Virus record (IMG/VR): IMGVR_UViG_3300032296_001854
Reading direction: 5' to 3' (one strand)
Length of the DNA stretch: 64,000 nucleotides
Origin: an uncultured virus (IMG/VR IMGVR_UViG_3300032296_001854)
Lineage: Duplodnaviria; Heunggongvirae; Uroviricota; Caudoviricetes
In this document: positions 30,493 through 39,541 of the stretch, one piece after another
Numbering within the stretch: position 1 is the first letter of the stretch
Layout of the letters: each line of letters begins with the position of its first letter
Made by a program: the position numbers and the translations under genes
The notes under the pieces: model-generated
The model's database searches: none
What the model saw: only the letters and a program-made list of their open reading frames with translations
Told to the model about the DNA's origin: nothing

Positions 30493-30774
30493 ATGCTAGA
30501 CCTGATATTGATTGGTTGTTTTACGGGATTTCTATTGGCGACAATAGAGCCGTTAATTTCTATTCTGAGTATATTTATCAGTAATAGGGTTATGAACGCT
30601 ATTTCCTCAATTCTTTTTTCAAGCATTGCAACATGGTTAGTTGAAGTTTCAACTATCAAAGGTTTTATTCTGTATGCGGTAGCGGGAGCTTTCCTAGGCT
30701 CTGCCCTATTAGCAGCAGTTGAACGTGTGGCAACTTATCGCCCCGCCGTTGTGCAATCCCTAAGAGAACAGTAG
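30493..30774 (+). CDS. Small membrane protein (holin candidate)
   Basis: Three hydrophobic segments at the end of the tail module. Leaderless TAGGAT-N6-ATG. Confidence 0.5.
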   Translation: MLDLILIGCFTGFLLATIEPLISILSIFISNRVMNAISSILFSSIATWLVEVSTIKGFILYAVAGAFLGSALLAAVERVATYRPAVVQSLREQ

Positions 30775-30801
30775 TATCAGGTCTCCATACAAGGAGGACC
30801 T

Positions 30802-31458
30802 ATGTCTAAATATTTTGTAATCGTTGCTGGTAACGGCACAACTAGCAGAGCAAACATAGAAGCTCTGATGGAAGATTATTACTATGCAAACGGTGAGGGT
30901 GGAACTCTTCTTCTTCCTTACACTAATAAACCGTCTCAAGGCCAAGTTTTTGCTGCACAGTATGCAAAAGATAACGGAAAAGATATTGTTGTCTTTGCTC
31001 TAGAGGGGGCGTCTCACGACAGCATCCCATCATCTAGTGCTGTACTAACTACTGAACCTTTTTCTTCCGCTGCAGATGAGGCAAAAGGAAATAACCCATC
31101 CGCCTTTATTTTGTGGGCAGATGAAGACGGTGACTCACAAGTAATACTTACCCACTGTAGAGATGCAAACATCCCATGTTTTGATTTAACTAATGGTCTT
31201 GGGCCTTTGACCGCAACTCAAGACGCGGTACCTATTGTTACTCCTGTTGTACCTAAACAAGAACAACTTCCTATTGCTGAGGTAGAAACCGAAGAAGAGG
31301 ACGAAGAGGAAGAAGAGGACGACGAGGAATATGAAGAGGACGAAGAGGAAATGGAAGACCTAGACGGCCTTTATGAGGGCGTCGAGGCGGTGGCTCGAAT
31401 CTTTGCTAGAGTACTAATTGAGGAGTGGAATAAGGCGAATGAAAAACCTAAGCCCTAA
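30802..31458 (+). CDS. Hypothetical protein with a Rossmann/SLOG-like N-terminus and a long acidic tract
   Basis: SD AAGGAGG; 'VIVAGNG'; E/D run 'EEEDEEEEEDDEEYEEDEEE'. Confidence 0.7.
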   Translation: MSKYFVIVAGNGTTSRANIEALMEDYYYANGEGGTLLLPYTNKPSQGQVFAAQYAKDNGKDIVVFALEGASHDSIPSSSAVLTTEPFSSAADEAKGNNPSAFILWADEDGDSQVILTHCRDANIPCFDLTNGLGPLTATQDAVPIVTPVVPKQEQLPIAEVETEEEDEEEEEDDEEYEEDEEEMEDLDGLYEGVEAVARIFARVLIEEWNKANEKPKP

Positions 31459-32347
31459 GGCCCTAGGCCTGCTGGTACATATAAACCGATATGGGGCTGT
31501 AAACGGAGCTGAGGGCCTTGCAGAGGCCTTTGGTACTGGGGTTAAGTCCGTCCGTACAGGACTTACGGAACTCCGCTCTAATGGCCTTATAAGCCTTTCT
31601 AAGGGGCGTACAGGCAACGGTCATTACTGGTCTGAGGTTTTAATCACGGAGGTTGGTCAGGCTGTGATAGAACGGTATGCCGAAATGGCACACGGACGGA
31701 GTGCCAAAAAGGCACCCCGACGGAGTGCCAAAACAGGCAACTACATATCACCGAATAGCCACTCAGCTAATACTCCGTATAGTAAGAGAGCTAATTCAAT
31801 ATTAAAAGAGGGTCGGACGGAGTCCGACGAGAAAGAAGAATTTGATAAAGTCCCAATGCCGATAGGAGAGCAAATGCAAAGAGACCCAGACGACGAAGCC
31901 GAGGCCAAGAAAAAGTGGGAAGAAGAAACTCGGGTGAAGCGTCGCGAAGCCAAAGAGTCTCGTCGTGTAGAAAAGATTAAATACATTGCTTCCCGTCCCG
32001 TTGAAGACTGGACCCCGACTCAGTTAGCAGAATACTTTGCTGACCACATGAAGCAGATGAACTGGAAGATTGCTGAGTGGACTAGTCGTAGTGGGTTTAA
32101 GGGTGGCATTGAAAACCTGCGCATGAATCACAACACTAATGGTGTTATCGAAAAAGAATTGATTGATAGGTTCTTTTCAACTATTAAACATGACAAAGGA
32201 CTTGACAACCCAGACCTCATATGGCGTATGTTTATCAAACGGGCACCGCAGATGTTAAATGATGCTAAGGCTTCTTTGAGAACTGATAAAGACGTTGTAG
32301 CATTAAGAGAGCAAGCTTCTAAATCATGGGAAGGTCTTGATGTATAA
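31439..32347 (+). CDS. Replication initiator (winged HTH)
   Basis: 'LSPKALGLL...SVRTGLTELRSNGLI'. Contains internal direct repeats and is followed by a DnaC-like gene. Confidence 0.75.
   Translation: MKNLSPKALGLLVHINRYGAVNGAEGLAEAFGTGVKSVRTGLTELRSNGLISLSKGRTGNGHYWSEVLITEVGQAVIERYAEMAHGRSAKKAPRRSAKTGNYISPNSHSANTPYSKRANSILKEGRTESDEKEEFDKVPMPIGEQMQRDPDDEAEAKKKWEEETRVKRREAKESRRVEKIKYIASRPVEDWTPTQLAEYFADHMKQMNWKIAEWTSRSGFKGGIENLRMNHNTNGVIEKELIDRFFSTIKHDKGLDNPDLIWRMFIKRAPQMLNDAKASLRTDKDVVALREQASKSWEGLDV
31687..31734. repeat. Two tandem 24-bp repeats (putative iterons / replication origin)
   Basis: ggcacacggacggagtgccaaaaa and ggcaccccgacggagtgccaaaac; each unit contains an inverted ggcac...gtgcc. 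Confidence 0.7.
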
Positions 32348-33029
32348 GTTAGAAGAGCAAAAGATTCGCCGTCGTACTTGGATACAGGCAGCAAACATTC
32401 CACCTGCTATGCAAGGTTGGAGATTAGAAGATTGCGTAGAGTCTGACCCAGAAGATAAAACAAATATCATTCGTTGGATTAAGGCTGTAGAAAAGGGTTT
32501 GGTTATCAGAGCTGTTGGTAGCAAGGCTTGTGGCAGAGGGTTGTTGTTAGATGGAAATCCTGGCCGAGGCAAGACCACGCTGGCTTTAGCCACTTTACAA
32601 GAGATGATGCTCACTCTTCCTATAGAAGCTTTTAGTGTAAAAGATGGCGATACCCTTACAAAACCTTGCTATTTCATGACTTTTAACGATTTTTTGGAAC
32701 TTAAAGGTTCCATGATGGATGACCCGACAGACGCACAGGACACGCTCTATCATGGTGTCTTAGGAGAGTGCTTGGCTGACGCCTACAACATTCGTATACT
32801 TGTACTAGACGATGTTGGTAAGGAACACGCTGGGCTCTCTGGGTGGCAGAAGAATATGCTTCATCATCTTCTTCGCACCCGTTTTAACAACGGACTACCT
32901 ACTATCGTTACAACAAACGTAAAACTAGAAGATTGGGCAGGCCTCTACGGTGATGCTACAGAAAGTTTCGCACGTGGAGCTTTTGCCTACTTACCAATCG
33001 TGGCAGAAAAAGGAGACCTACGTCGATGA
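32340..33029 (+). CDS. DnaC/IstB-like helicase loader ATPase
   Basis: Walker A GNPGRGKT, Walker B 'LVLDDVGKE', 'PTIVTTN'. Confidence 0.9.
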   Translation: MYKLEEQKIRRRTWIQAANIPPAMQGWRLEDCVESDPEDKTNIIRWIKAVEKGLVIRAVGSKACGRGLLLDGNPGRGKTTLALATLQEMMLTLPIEAFSVKDGDTLTKPCYFMTFNDFLELKGSMMDDPTDAQDTLYHGVLGECLADAYNIRILVLDDVGKEHAGLSGWQKNMLHHLLRTRFNNGLPTIVTTNVKLEDWAGLYGDATESFARGAFAYLPIVAEKGDLRR

Positions 33030-33340
33030 GGAATGCGGTGAATGAAGAACTAAGACTAGTGCAGGTGTTCTTGAGTCAGTCTCAGACGCCTGGACCAAGT
33101 ATCTTTGAAGTGTCGGTTCAAGAAGGAACCGATAGATTGTTCTGCACATGCCCAGGATTCAGTGGACGAGGTTCTTGTAAACATACAAAGTTTGTCAAAG
33201 CCCGTATTGAAAATAACAACGGCAACTATCCTCTAGAAATATCTAATCGTGCATCGAAAGAAGATGCAGACAAAGCGCGGTCTTCTAATTCACGGTTCCG
33301 CGAGTTCATTATAAAGTTCGGTAAGATAGAGGTATTCTAA
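33026..33340 (+). CDS. SWIM zinc-finger protein
   Basis: 'CTCPGF...CKH'. Confidence 0.8.
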   Translation: MRNAVNEELRLVQVFLSQSQTPGPSIFEVSVQEGTDRLFCTCPGFSGRGSCKHTKFVKARIENNNGNYPLEISNRASKEDADKARSSNSRFREFIIKFGKIEVF

Positions 33341-33344
33341 TCCC

Positions 33345-33752
33345 GTGAAGCACGGGGACATAAGTAACGAACTGCCAAAAAGAATACTCGTTACTACAGA
33401 TATATTTTTACGAATTGAACTTACGAAGCAGCGCAAGTTTAAAATTATTCCTACCATAAAGGTAGACAAAAAAGTTGACCGAGCTGTTCTCAGTTGGCTA
33501 TACCTGTACACATCTAGGACAGGAACAACACTAGAGCTTATTTCTTATGAGCTTAACGAAAACGATTTACAAGATTTTGTAGATGGACTTGACAGACTAG
33601 GTACTAATCCATTTAGATACTTTACAGCATACCAATCGGTACAACACTTGGTTCAAGAGTTACCACTCAGACCTGAGGTTGTTGGTGTCGTTGATATACA
33701 ATCAAGGATGCTAATGTACGGGCACTGGGGACGTAACATAAACGAACTATGA
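33345..33752 (+). CDS. Hypothetical protein
   Basis: 135-aa ORF coupled to dnaB. Confidence 0.65.
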   Translation: MKHGDISNELPKRILVTTDIFLRIELTKQRKFKIIPTIKVDKKVDRAVLSWLYLYTSRTGTTLELISYELNENDLQDFVDGLDRLGTNPFRYFTAYQSVQHLVQELPLRPEVVGVVDIQSRMLMYGHWGRNINEL

Positions 33753-34972
33753 ATAATGAAACTAGATTACTAAGCAAAGTCCTAGAGGACAGGTCCATAA
33801 CCCTATTGTTTGATAGGGGTGCAGGCGACCAATGGTTTGTAGACCCAGAAAATAAAAACATATGGAAGTTAGTTCGTGAGCATTATTTTGCTTATGGAGA
33901 GGTTCCAAGCCTCGATGTTATTACCGCTAGTTATCCAAACTATAAATTAACTCAGGCACAAGATAGCCTTGAGTATCTTGTAGATGCTGTTATTGATGAA
34001 AGACGCAGAGCATCAACTATTAAGATGGTTGATACTGCTATCAAGCACATAGAAAAACAAGACCATGAAACAGCGCTTCTTGCAATTCAATCAAGCCTTA
34101 GCCAACTTGAGGCTGATGGTCTTAGCGGTACTAGCGATTTAGATTTAACAGTTGATGCACAAAAACGCTATGACGAATATGAATACCGAAAGAACAACCC
34201 AGGTCTATTAGGTGTTGCAACTGGTTTTAATACTATGGACCAGGCAACAGGCGGGTTACAGAACGGTCAGTTGATTGTTATCGTGGCTCCTCCAAAGACT
34301 GGTAAGTCAACTCTTGCGTTACAGATTGCACAGAACGTTCATATGAAAGACAAGAGAGTTATGTTCCAATCATTTGAGATGAGCAACCACGAGCAATTGA
34401 CTCGTTACGATGCAATGAGGGCACGAGTTTCACACAGTCGTCTTATCAACGGTTTACTTACACCAGAAGAAGAAGGACGTTACAAAGCAAAGCTTGCAAG
34501 CATTGAGAAGATGAGAGAAAAGTTTTGGCTAGTTGACTCAGCAGCAGGCATGACTGTCACTGGTATCTCCAGCAAGATACAGGTGTTGCATCCAGACGTT
34601 GTATTTATTGACGGTACATATTTAATGATTGACGAGCAGACTGGAGAGGCAAATACTCCGCAGGCTATTACCAATATTACTCGTAGCTTGAAACGTATGG
34701 CACAGAGGTTTAAAGTACCAATTGTTATTTCTACTCAAGCGTTGAAGTGGAAGATGAAAAAAGGACAAGTAACTGCAGACTCAATTGGTTACTCCTCTTC
34801 TTTCCATCAAGACGCAGATGTAATATTTGGACTACAAAGAGAGGATGAAGCAGTGGACGACACTCGCGTACTAAAGATTCTAGACAGCCGTAACTCTGGT
34901 CGTGGCGAAGTATCACTTATGTGGGACTGGAACAACGGTCAATTCCGCGAACTAGAAAATGATGACTTATGA
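33749..34972 (+). CDS. dnaB: Replicative DNA helicase, DnaB family
   Basis: 'TGGLQNGQLIVI.APPKTGKS', 'SFEMS', 'VFIDG', 'QDADVI'. Confidence 0.93.
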   Translation: MNNETRLLSKVLEDRSITLLFDRGAGDQWFVDPENKNIWKLVREHYFAYGEVPSLDVITASYPNYKLTQAQDSLEYLVDAVIDERRRASTIKMVDTAIKHIEKQDHETALLAIQSSLSQLEADGLSGTSDLDLTVDAQKRYDEYEYRKNNPGLLGVATGFNTMDQATGGLQNGQLIVIVAPPKTGKSTLALQIAQNVHMKDKRVMFQSFEMSNHEQLTRYDAMRARVSHSRLINGLLTPEEEGRYKAKLASIEKMREKFWLVDSAAGMTVTGISSKIQVLHPDVVFIDGTYLMIDEQTGEANTPQAITNITRSLKRMAQRFKVPIVISTQALKWKMKKGQVTADSIGYSSSFHQDADVIFGLQREDEAVDDTRVLKILDSRNSGRGEVSLMWDWNNGQFRELENDDL

Positions 34973-35916
34973 CATTAGACGAGATGCAGGAAACGTTAGA
35001 GAGGTTAGGCCTTGAAGTCGTATCCACTAGAGGTTCAGAAATCCAAAGCTATTGTCCAGCACATGTTGAAAGAACAGGTCACGAGGACAGAAACCCATCG
35101 TGGTGGATTAACGCTGATACAGGTGCGCATATCTGTTTCTCATGCCACTACAAAGGTGGACTGCTGTCATTGGTTTCCTATATTCAAAAGTGGGACTTCG
35201 ACAAATCTAAAGAGTGGCTTAATGACGGGTCATCTAACCTTGCGGCTTCTTTACAAAAAGCAATCAAACCAAAAAAAGTATTTGAAGACATTACTTACAT
35301 AACAGAGTCAATGCTTGCGGCCTTTATTGACCCGCCAGCAGATGCTCTTGCTTCACGCGGTCTCACATTGGCTGCAGCGCAAGAGTATGAAGTTCTATGG
35401 AGTGAAAGACACAGCAATTGGATTACTGTTATTCGTGACCCACACACCCATAAATTATTGGGGTGGCAAGAAAAAGGTCACAAGTCTAGATTCTTTAGAA
35501 ACCAGCCTGTTGGGGTACCAAAGAGCGCAACCTTATTTGGCTACAAGCAATACAAAGGTGGAGACATGATTATTGTTGAGTCTCCGCTAGATGTGGTAAG
35601 ACTGGCCTCTGTTGGTATCAAAGGTGGGGTCAGCACTTACGGCTCTATGGTATCTATGCAACAGTTCAACTTAATGCGTGGAGCCGATAAGGTTATTTTT
35701 GCTATGGACAACGATAAGGCTGGTCAAGACTCTTCAGTAAACTTGTTGATTCTTGCACAGGAGTATGGCACAGACGCTTGGTTCTTTAATTACAGCAACA
35801 CGGATATGAAGGATGTTGGCGCTATGAGCAAGTCTGAGATAGTCTATGGATTAGAGAACGCACGCCATATGGTAAATGGAAAAAAAGCACTAAGAGGAGA
35901 ACATGCCGTTACGTAG
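34969..35916 (+). CDS. dnaG: DNA primase (CHC2-type Zn finger plus TOPRIM)
   Basis: 'CPAH...CFSC', 'IVESPLD', 'MDNDKAG', 'KDV'. Confidence 0.9.
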   Translation: MTLDEMQETLERLGLEVVSTRGSEIQSYCPAHVERTGHEDRNPSWWINADTGAHICFSCHYKGGLLSLVSYIQKWDFDKSKEWLNDGSSNLAASLQKAIKPKKVFEDITYITESMLAAFIDPPADALASRGLTLAAAQEYEVLWSERHSNWITVIRDPHTHKLLGWQEKGHKSRFFRNQPVGVPKSATLFGYKQYKGGDMIIVESPLDVVRLASVGIKGGVSTYGSMVSMQQFNLMRGADKVIFAMDNDKAGQDSSVNLLILAQEYGTDAWFFNYSNTDMKDVGAMSKSEIVYGLENARHMVNGKKALRGEHAVT

Positions 35917-36388
35917 GATAAAGAAAAGACCAGCTTGGATATTTGATGTAGATGGAACGTTGGCTAACGTAGATTCAATATTAAAGTACATAGTTAACAA
36001 AGACGACACTGATGATTTTAAGAAAGATTTTGATAAGTTCCACAGAGAATCCGTCCATGTTCCACCCCATCCTCATGTGGTGGACATGCTGTGGAACGTT
36101 GTTGACAGGGGCGATGCTGACATAATCATTGTAACCGCCCGCAGAGAAGAGTGGCGTGCCCACACCTCATACTGGCTAGAAACAAAAGCAAACGTCCCAC
36201 ACACCGCATTGTTCATGCGTGGCAATAAAGACTACAGACCAGACTATGAGGTTAAAAAGGACATACTGGAACACATAAGATTATTTTGGGACGTTAAACA
36301 TGCTGTTGACGACAACCCAAATGTGATTAGACTTTGGCAAGAAAATGGCATACCCACTACAAAGATAGGAAATTGGGACGGCAAATGA
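35903..36388 (+). CDS. HAD phosphatase, polynucleotide kinase 3'-phosphatase-like
   Basis: 'FDVDGTL', 'VTAR', 'LFMR...DYRPDYEVK', 'VDDNP'. Confidence 0.88.
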   Translation: MPLRRIKKRPAWIFDVDGTLANVDSILKYIVNKDDTDDFKKDFDKFHRESVHVPPHPHVVDMLWNVVDRGDADIIIVTARREEWRAHTSYWLETKANVPHTALFMRGNKDYRPDYEVKKDILEHIRLFWDVKHAVDDNPNVIRLWQENGIPTTKIGNWDGK

Positions 36389-36927
36389 TTATTGGACTCA
36401 CTGGTTACGCACAGTCAGGCAAGGACACTCTTGCAAACATCCTTGTTGAAAAATATGCATTTAAACGCATAGCCTTTGCAGACCCTATACGTGAGTTCTG
36501 TTATGCCATGAATCCTGTAGTAGGTCATGTAGCTAATGAAGAAACAATATTAAGACAGCTAGTAGACCGAGTAGGTTGGGACGAGGCTAAGCAATACGGC
36601 GGGGTACGCCGTCTATTGCAGAACGTGGGCATTGCTGCACGTGAAGTATTTGGTGAACAGTTTTGGGTAGCACAGGCTTTAAGAAACGTGCACTTTACAG
36701 AAAACGTTGTTATTACAGATGTTAGGTTTCTTAATGAAGCAAATGCTATTAAACAATACGACGATGCACAGATATGGAGAGTCAAACGTCCTGGGTTTGG
36801 CCCAGTAAACGAGCACGTCTCTGAGTCTGAAATGGCAGATTACAAAGCAGACCAGATTTTTTATAATGCTGGGACTTTAGAAGATTTAAAAGTGTTGGTA
36901 AACACTCGCATGAGAGCGTACGTTTAA
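36385..36927 (+). CDS. Deoxynucleoside monophosphate kinase
   Basis: 'IIGLTGYAQSGKDT', 'FADP', 'RRLLQ', 'ITDVRF.NE', 'HVSE'. Confidence 0.9.
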   Translation: MIIGLTGYAQSGKDTLANILVEKYAFKRIAFADPIREFCYAMNPVVGHVANEETILRQLVDRVGWDEAKQYGGVRRLLQNVGIAAREVFGEQFWVAQALRNVHFTENVVITDVRFLNEANAIKQYDDAQIWRVKRPGFGPVNEHVSESEMADYKADQIFYNAGTLEDLKVLVNTRMRAYV

Positions 36928-37160
36928 TGCAGTATTGGTCATGGGTATTAGCAATCATTGGGGTTGCTGGCATCTACTTTGTAGGTCGTAAGACTATTTG
37001 GGGATGGCTAGTCCTATTGTTTAATGAGGGTTTGTGGATTACTTACGCTTTGATTACGGACCAGTACGGATTCATATTTTCCGCCCTTGCCTACGCTATT
37101 GTTTATATAAGGTCTTACGTACATTGGTCTAAAGATAAAGTTAACGAGATACCTCTGTGA
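36927..37160 (+). CDS. Three-helix membrane protein, PnuC-like half transporter
   Basis: W-rich 3-TM pattern 'GIYFVGRKTIWGW...LWITYA...Y..W'. Confidence 0.55.
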   Translation: MQYWSWVLAIIGVAGIYFVGRKTIWGWLVLLFNEGLWITYALITDQYGFIFSALAYAIVYIRSYVHWSKDKVNEIPL

Positions 37161-38746
37161 CATTCACTGGCTCCCTTCTTCCCTATCAACCTGAGGCAGT
37201 TGACAAAATGTGCCTTCGTAAGCGCATGTTGGTTGCCTACGACCTTGGGTTAGGCAAAACAGTTATTACTATTGCAGCCATAGAACGTTTGATGGATGAG
37301 AACAAAGTAACTGAGCCAGGCCTTATAATTTGCCTGTCTTCCCTAAAATACCAATGGGCTGGACAGATAGAGAAATTTACTGATGGAACTTCACGAGCTT
37401 TGGTTGTGGATGGAACGCCGAAGAAAAGAGCAGAGCAATATGCTCAAGCCCAAGACTGGCGTAACACAGGGATTGATTACATCATTCTTAACTACGAGCA
37501 GATTGTTAACGACTGGGACTATATCAAGGAGCTACCAAGAGGATTTGTCGTCCTTGACGAAGCCACAGCAATCAAATCTTTTAAGTCCAAACGCTCAAGA
37601 GCAGTCAAGAAGCTTGTCAACGCCCCGTACCGTTTTGCACTCACAGGTACTCCTATTGAGAATGGCAAGCCAGAAGAGTTGTATAGCATTATGCAATTCG
37701 TTGACTCCAACGTACTTGGTAGGTTTGACATCTTTGACGCCGCTTTTATCGTAAGAAACTCTTGGGGCGCACCACAGTACTACCGTAATTTAAAAACTCT
37801 TCACGAAAAGATGAAAGAAGCATCTGTTCGTAAAGCACAGAAAGACGAAGACGTCGCTCCTTATCTTCCAGACACAATCCATAAAGACCCAATAAATATA
37901 TTCTTTGACCGAAAGTCTTCTAAGTTATACAGACGTATAGTTGAAGATTTGTTGTCAGATTTAGATGAAGCTCAAGATTTGTTTGGCAGTAACTTTAATA
38001 TTATGGCTCACTACGGCATGGAGTCTAGACGCGGTGGTCCAGAGGATGAGATGCGTGGCAAGATTATGTCTAAGATTGGCGCTCTTAAGATGCTGTGCTC
38101 TCACCCAGACTTGTTAAAGGCTAGCGCTGCTAAATTTAGAATGATGGGAGGCGAGGGTTCAGCATACATAGCTGAGCTTGTCGATAACGGTTTTCTAGAT
38201 GAGATTACTAGTTCTCCAAAATTAGATTACTTAATTCAATATGTAAAGGACCACCTAGAGCAAGATGACAACAACAAGGTGGTTATTTTTGCTACCTATG
38301 TTGACATGCTTGATAAGATAGTCGCAGCACTCGGCGAAGACATGTGCAGAAAGTACTCAGGTAAACTAGATGCTCGTACTAAAGAACTTAACAAAACTGA
38401 CTTCAATACTAATCCCGCTGTACGCGTACTGGTTAGTTCTGACGCTGGGGGTTACGGTGTGGACCTTCCTGCTGCTAATATGCTTATCAATTACGACCTC
38501 CCTTGGTCTTCAGGCAGCGCAACGCAAAGGAATGGCCGCATACAAAGAGCGTCATCTACCTGGCCAACAATAGTTATTCAAGACATTATCGTTTCTGGTT
38601 CTATAGAAGAAAGACAACACGAAGCTTTGCAACAAAAGAGCGCGGTAGCAAGCGCGGTAATTGATGGAGAGGGGTTTGACGATAACGGTAACATGCCGTT
38701 AAGCGTTGGAAGTTTAAGACAGTTTTTACAAGCAGCAATTGTCTAG
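37157..38746 (+). CDS. SNF2/SWI2-family helicase
   Basis: 'DLGLGKT', 'LDEAT', 'LTGTPIEN', 'GGYGVDL', 'QRNGRIQR'. Confidence 0.93.
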   Translation: MTFTGSLLPYQPEAVDKMCLRKRMLVAYDLGLGKTVITIAAIERLMDENKVTEPGLIICLSSLKYQWAGQIEKFTDGTSRALVVDGTPKKRAEQYAQAQDWRNTGIDYIILNYEQIVNDWDYIKELPRGFVVLDEATAIKSFKSKRSRAVKKLVNAPYRFALTGTPIENGKPEELYSIMQFVDSNVLGRFDIFDAAFIVRNSWGAPQYYRNLKTLHEKMKEASVRKAQKDEDVAPYLPDTIHKDPINIFFDRKSSKLYRRIVEDLLSDLDEAQDLFGSNFNIMAHYGMESRRGGPEDEMRGKIMSKIGALKMLCSHPDLLKASAAKFRMMGGEGSAYIAELVDNGFLDEITSSPKLDYLIQYVKDHLEQDDNNKVVIFATYVDMLDKIVAALGEDMCRKYSGKLDARTKELNKTDFNTNPAVRVLVSSDAGGYGVDLPAANMLINYDLPWSSGSATQRNGRIQRASSTWPTIVIQDIIVSGSIEERQHEALQQKSAVASAVIDGEGFDDNGNMPLSVGSLRQFLQAAIV

Positions 38747-38812
38747 TAGCTCAGTTGGCAGAGCAGGCGACTGTTAATCGCCAGGTCCCTGGTTCGAGCC
38801 CAGGCTAGACAG
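38740..38812 (+). tRNA. tRNA-Asn(GTT)
   Basis: Acceptor tgtctag/ctagaca, anticodon arm ggcga-ctGTTaa-tcgcc, T loop ttcgagc. No encoded CCA. Confidence 0.93.
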
Positions 38813-38816
38813 CTTT

Positions 38817-38889
38817 GCGGATGTAGCGCAGTTGGTAGCGCGGAACCTTGCCAAGGTTCAGGTCGCGGGTTCGACCCCCGTCATCCGCT
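38817..38889 (+). tRNA. tRNA-Gly(GCC)
   Basis: Acceptor gcggatg/catccgc, anticodon arm gaacc-ttGCCaa-ggttc, T loop ttcgacc. No CCA. Confidence 0.95.
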
Positions 38890-38890
38890 C

Positions 38891-39478
38891 GTGGTTAGAC
38901 TAAACAGGATATATACCAAGACTGGTGATACAGGCACGGCCGCACTTATGGGCGATGGCCGCCATCCCAAAGAAGATATTATCTTTGATGCAATTGGCAC
39001 AGTAGACGAAGCTAACTCTTCTATTGGTGTTGCTATGTGTTATGTAGAAAACAAAGATGTACATAAAGTATTAAAAAATGTACAGAATGATTTATTTGAT
39101 TTAGGTGCTGACCTAGCGTATCCAAAAGCTTCTGTAACTGAAGCACATATTACTTATCTTGAAACCACTATAGATTTTTATAACTCTCAGCTAAAACCTT
39201 TAGAGTCATTTGTTTTACCTTCAGGCACCCAGGCTTCGTCCTACCTACATCTTTCTAGAACAATAGTACGAAGAGCCGAGAGGGACGTGTGGGATGCCGT
39301 AAAACAGCGGGAGACCAACCCCCTCATAGCCAAGTACCTTAATAGGCTTTCAGACCTGCTATTTGTCCTAGCTAGATACATGAATCACGGGGACGATATA
39401 CTGTGGGAACCAGCAGTAAAACTATTGGCAGATGGTGTAATTGGCAACACGCCTGGCTCTGAACCAGGAGACGTCTAG
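38891..39478 (+). CDS. pduO: ATP:cob(I)alamin adenosyltransferase, PduO/MMAB type
   Basis: 'IYTKTGD.G', 'GTVDEANS.IG', 'QNDLFDLGADL', 'FVLPSG', 'RTIVRRAER', 'YLNRLSDLLFVLAR'. Confidence 0.95.
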   Translation: MVRLNRIYTKTGDTGTAALMGDGRHPKEDIIFDAIGTVDEANSSIGVAMCYVENKDVHKVLKNVQNDLFDLGADLAYPKASVTEAHITYLETTIDFYNSQLKPLESFVLPSGTQASSYLHLSRTIVRRAERDVWDAVKQRETNPLIAKYLNRLSDLLFVLARYMNHGDDILWEPAVKLLADGVIGNTPGSEPGDV

Positions 39479-39499
39479 GTTCGACCCCTAGTCTGCCAG
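39426..39499 (+). tRNA. tRNA-Gln(CTG)
   Basis: Acceptor tggcaga/tctgcca, anticodon arm cctgg-ctCTGaa-ccagg, T arm ctagg-ttcgacc-cctag. No CCA. Confidence 0.9.
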
Positions 39500-39541
39500 C
39501 TTTACACCCAACAATTATTGTTGGGCGGGTACACTTATAGG

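Noticed and set aside
38740..39499. tRNAs as a prophage attachment site or host boundary
   Set aside because: Phage-type genes continue on both sides, and there is no integrase or duplicated tRNA 3' end in the window.
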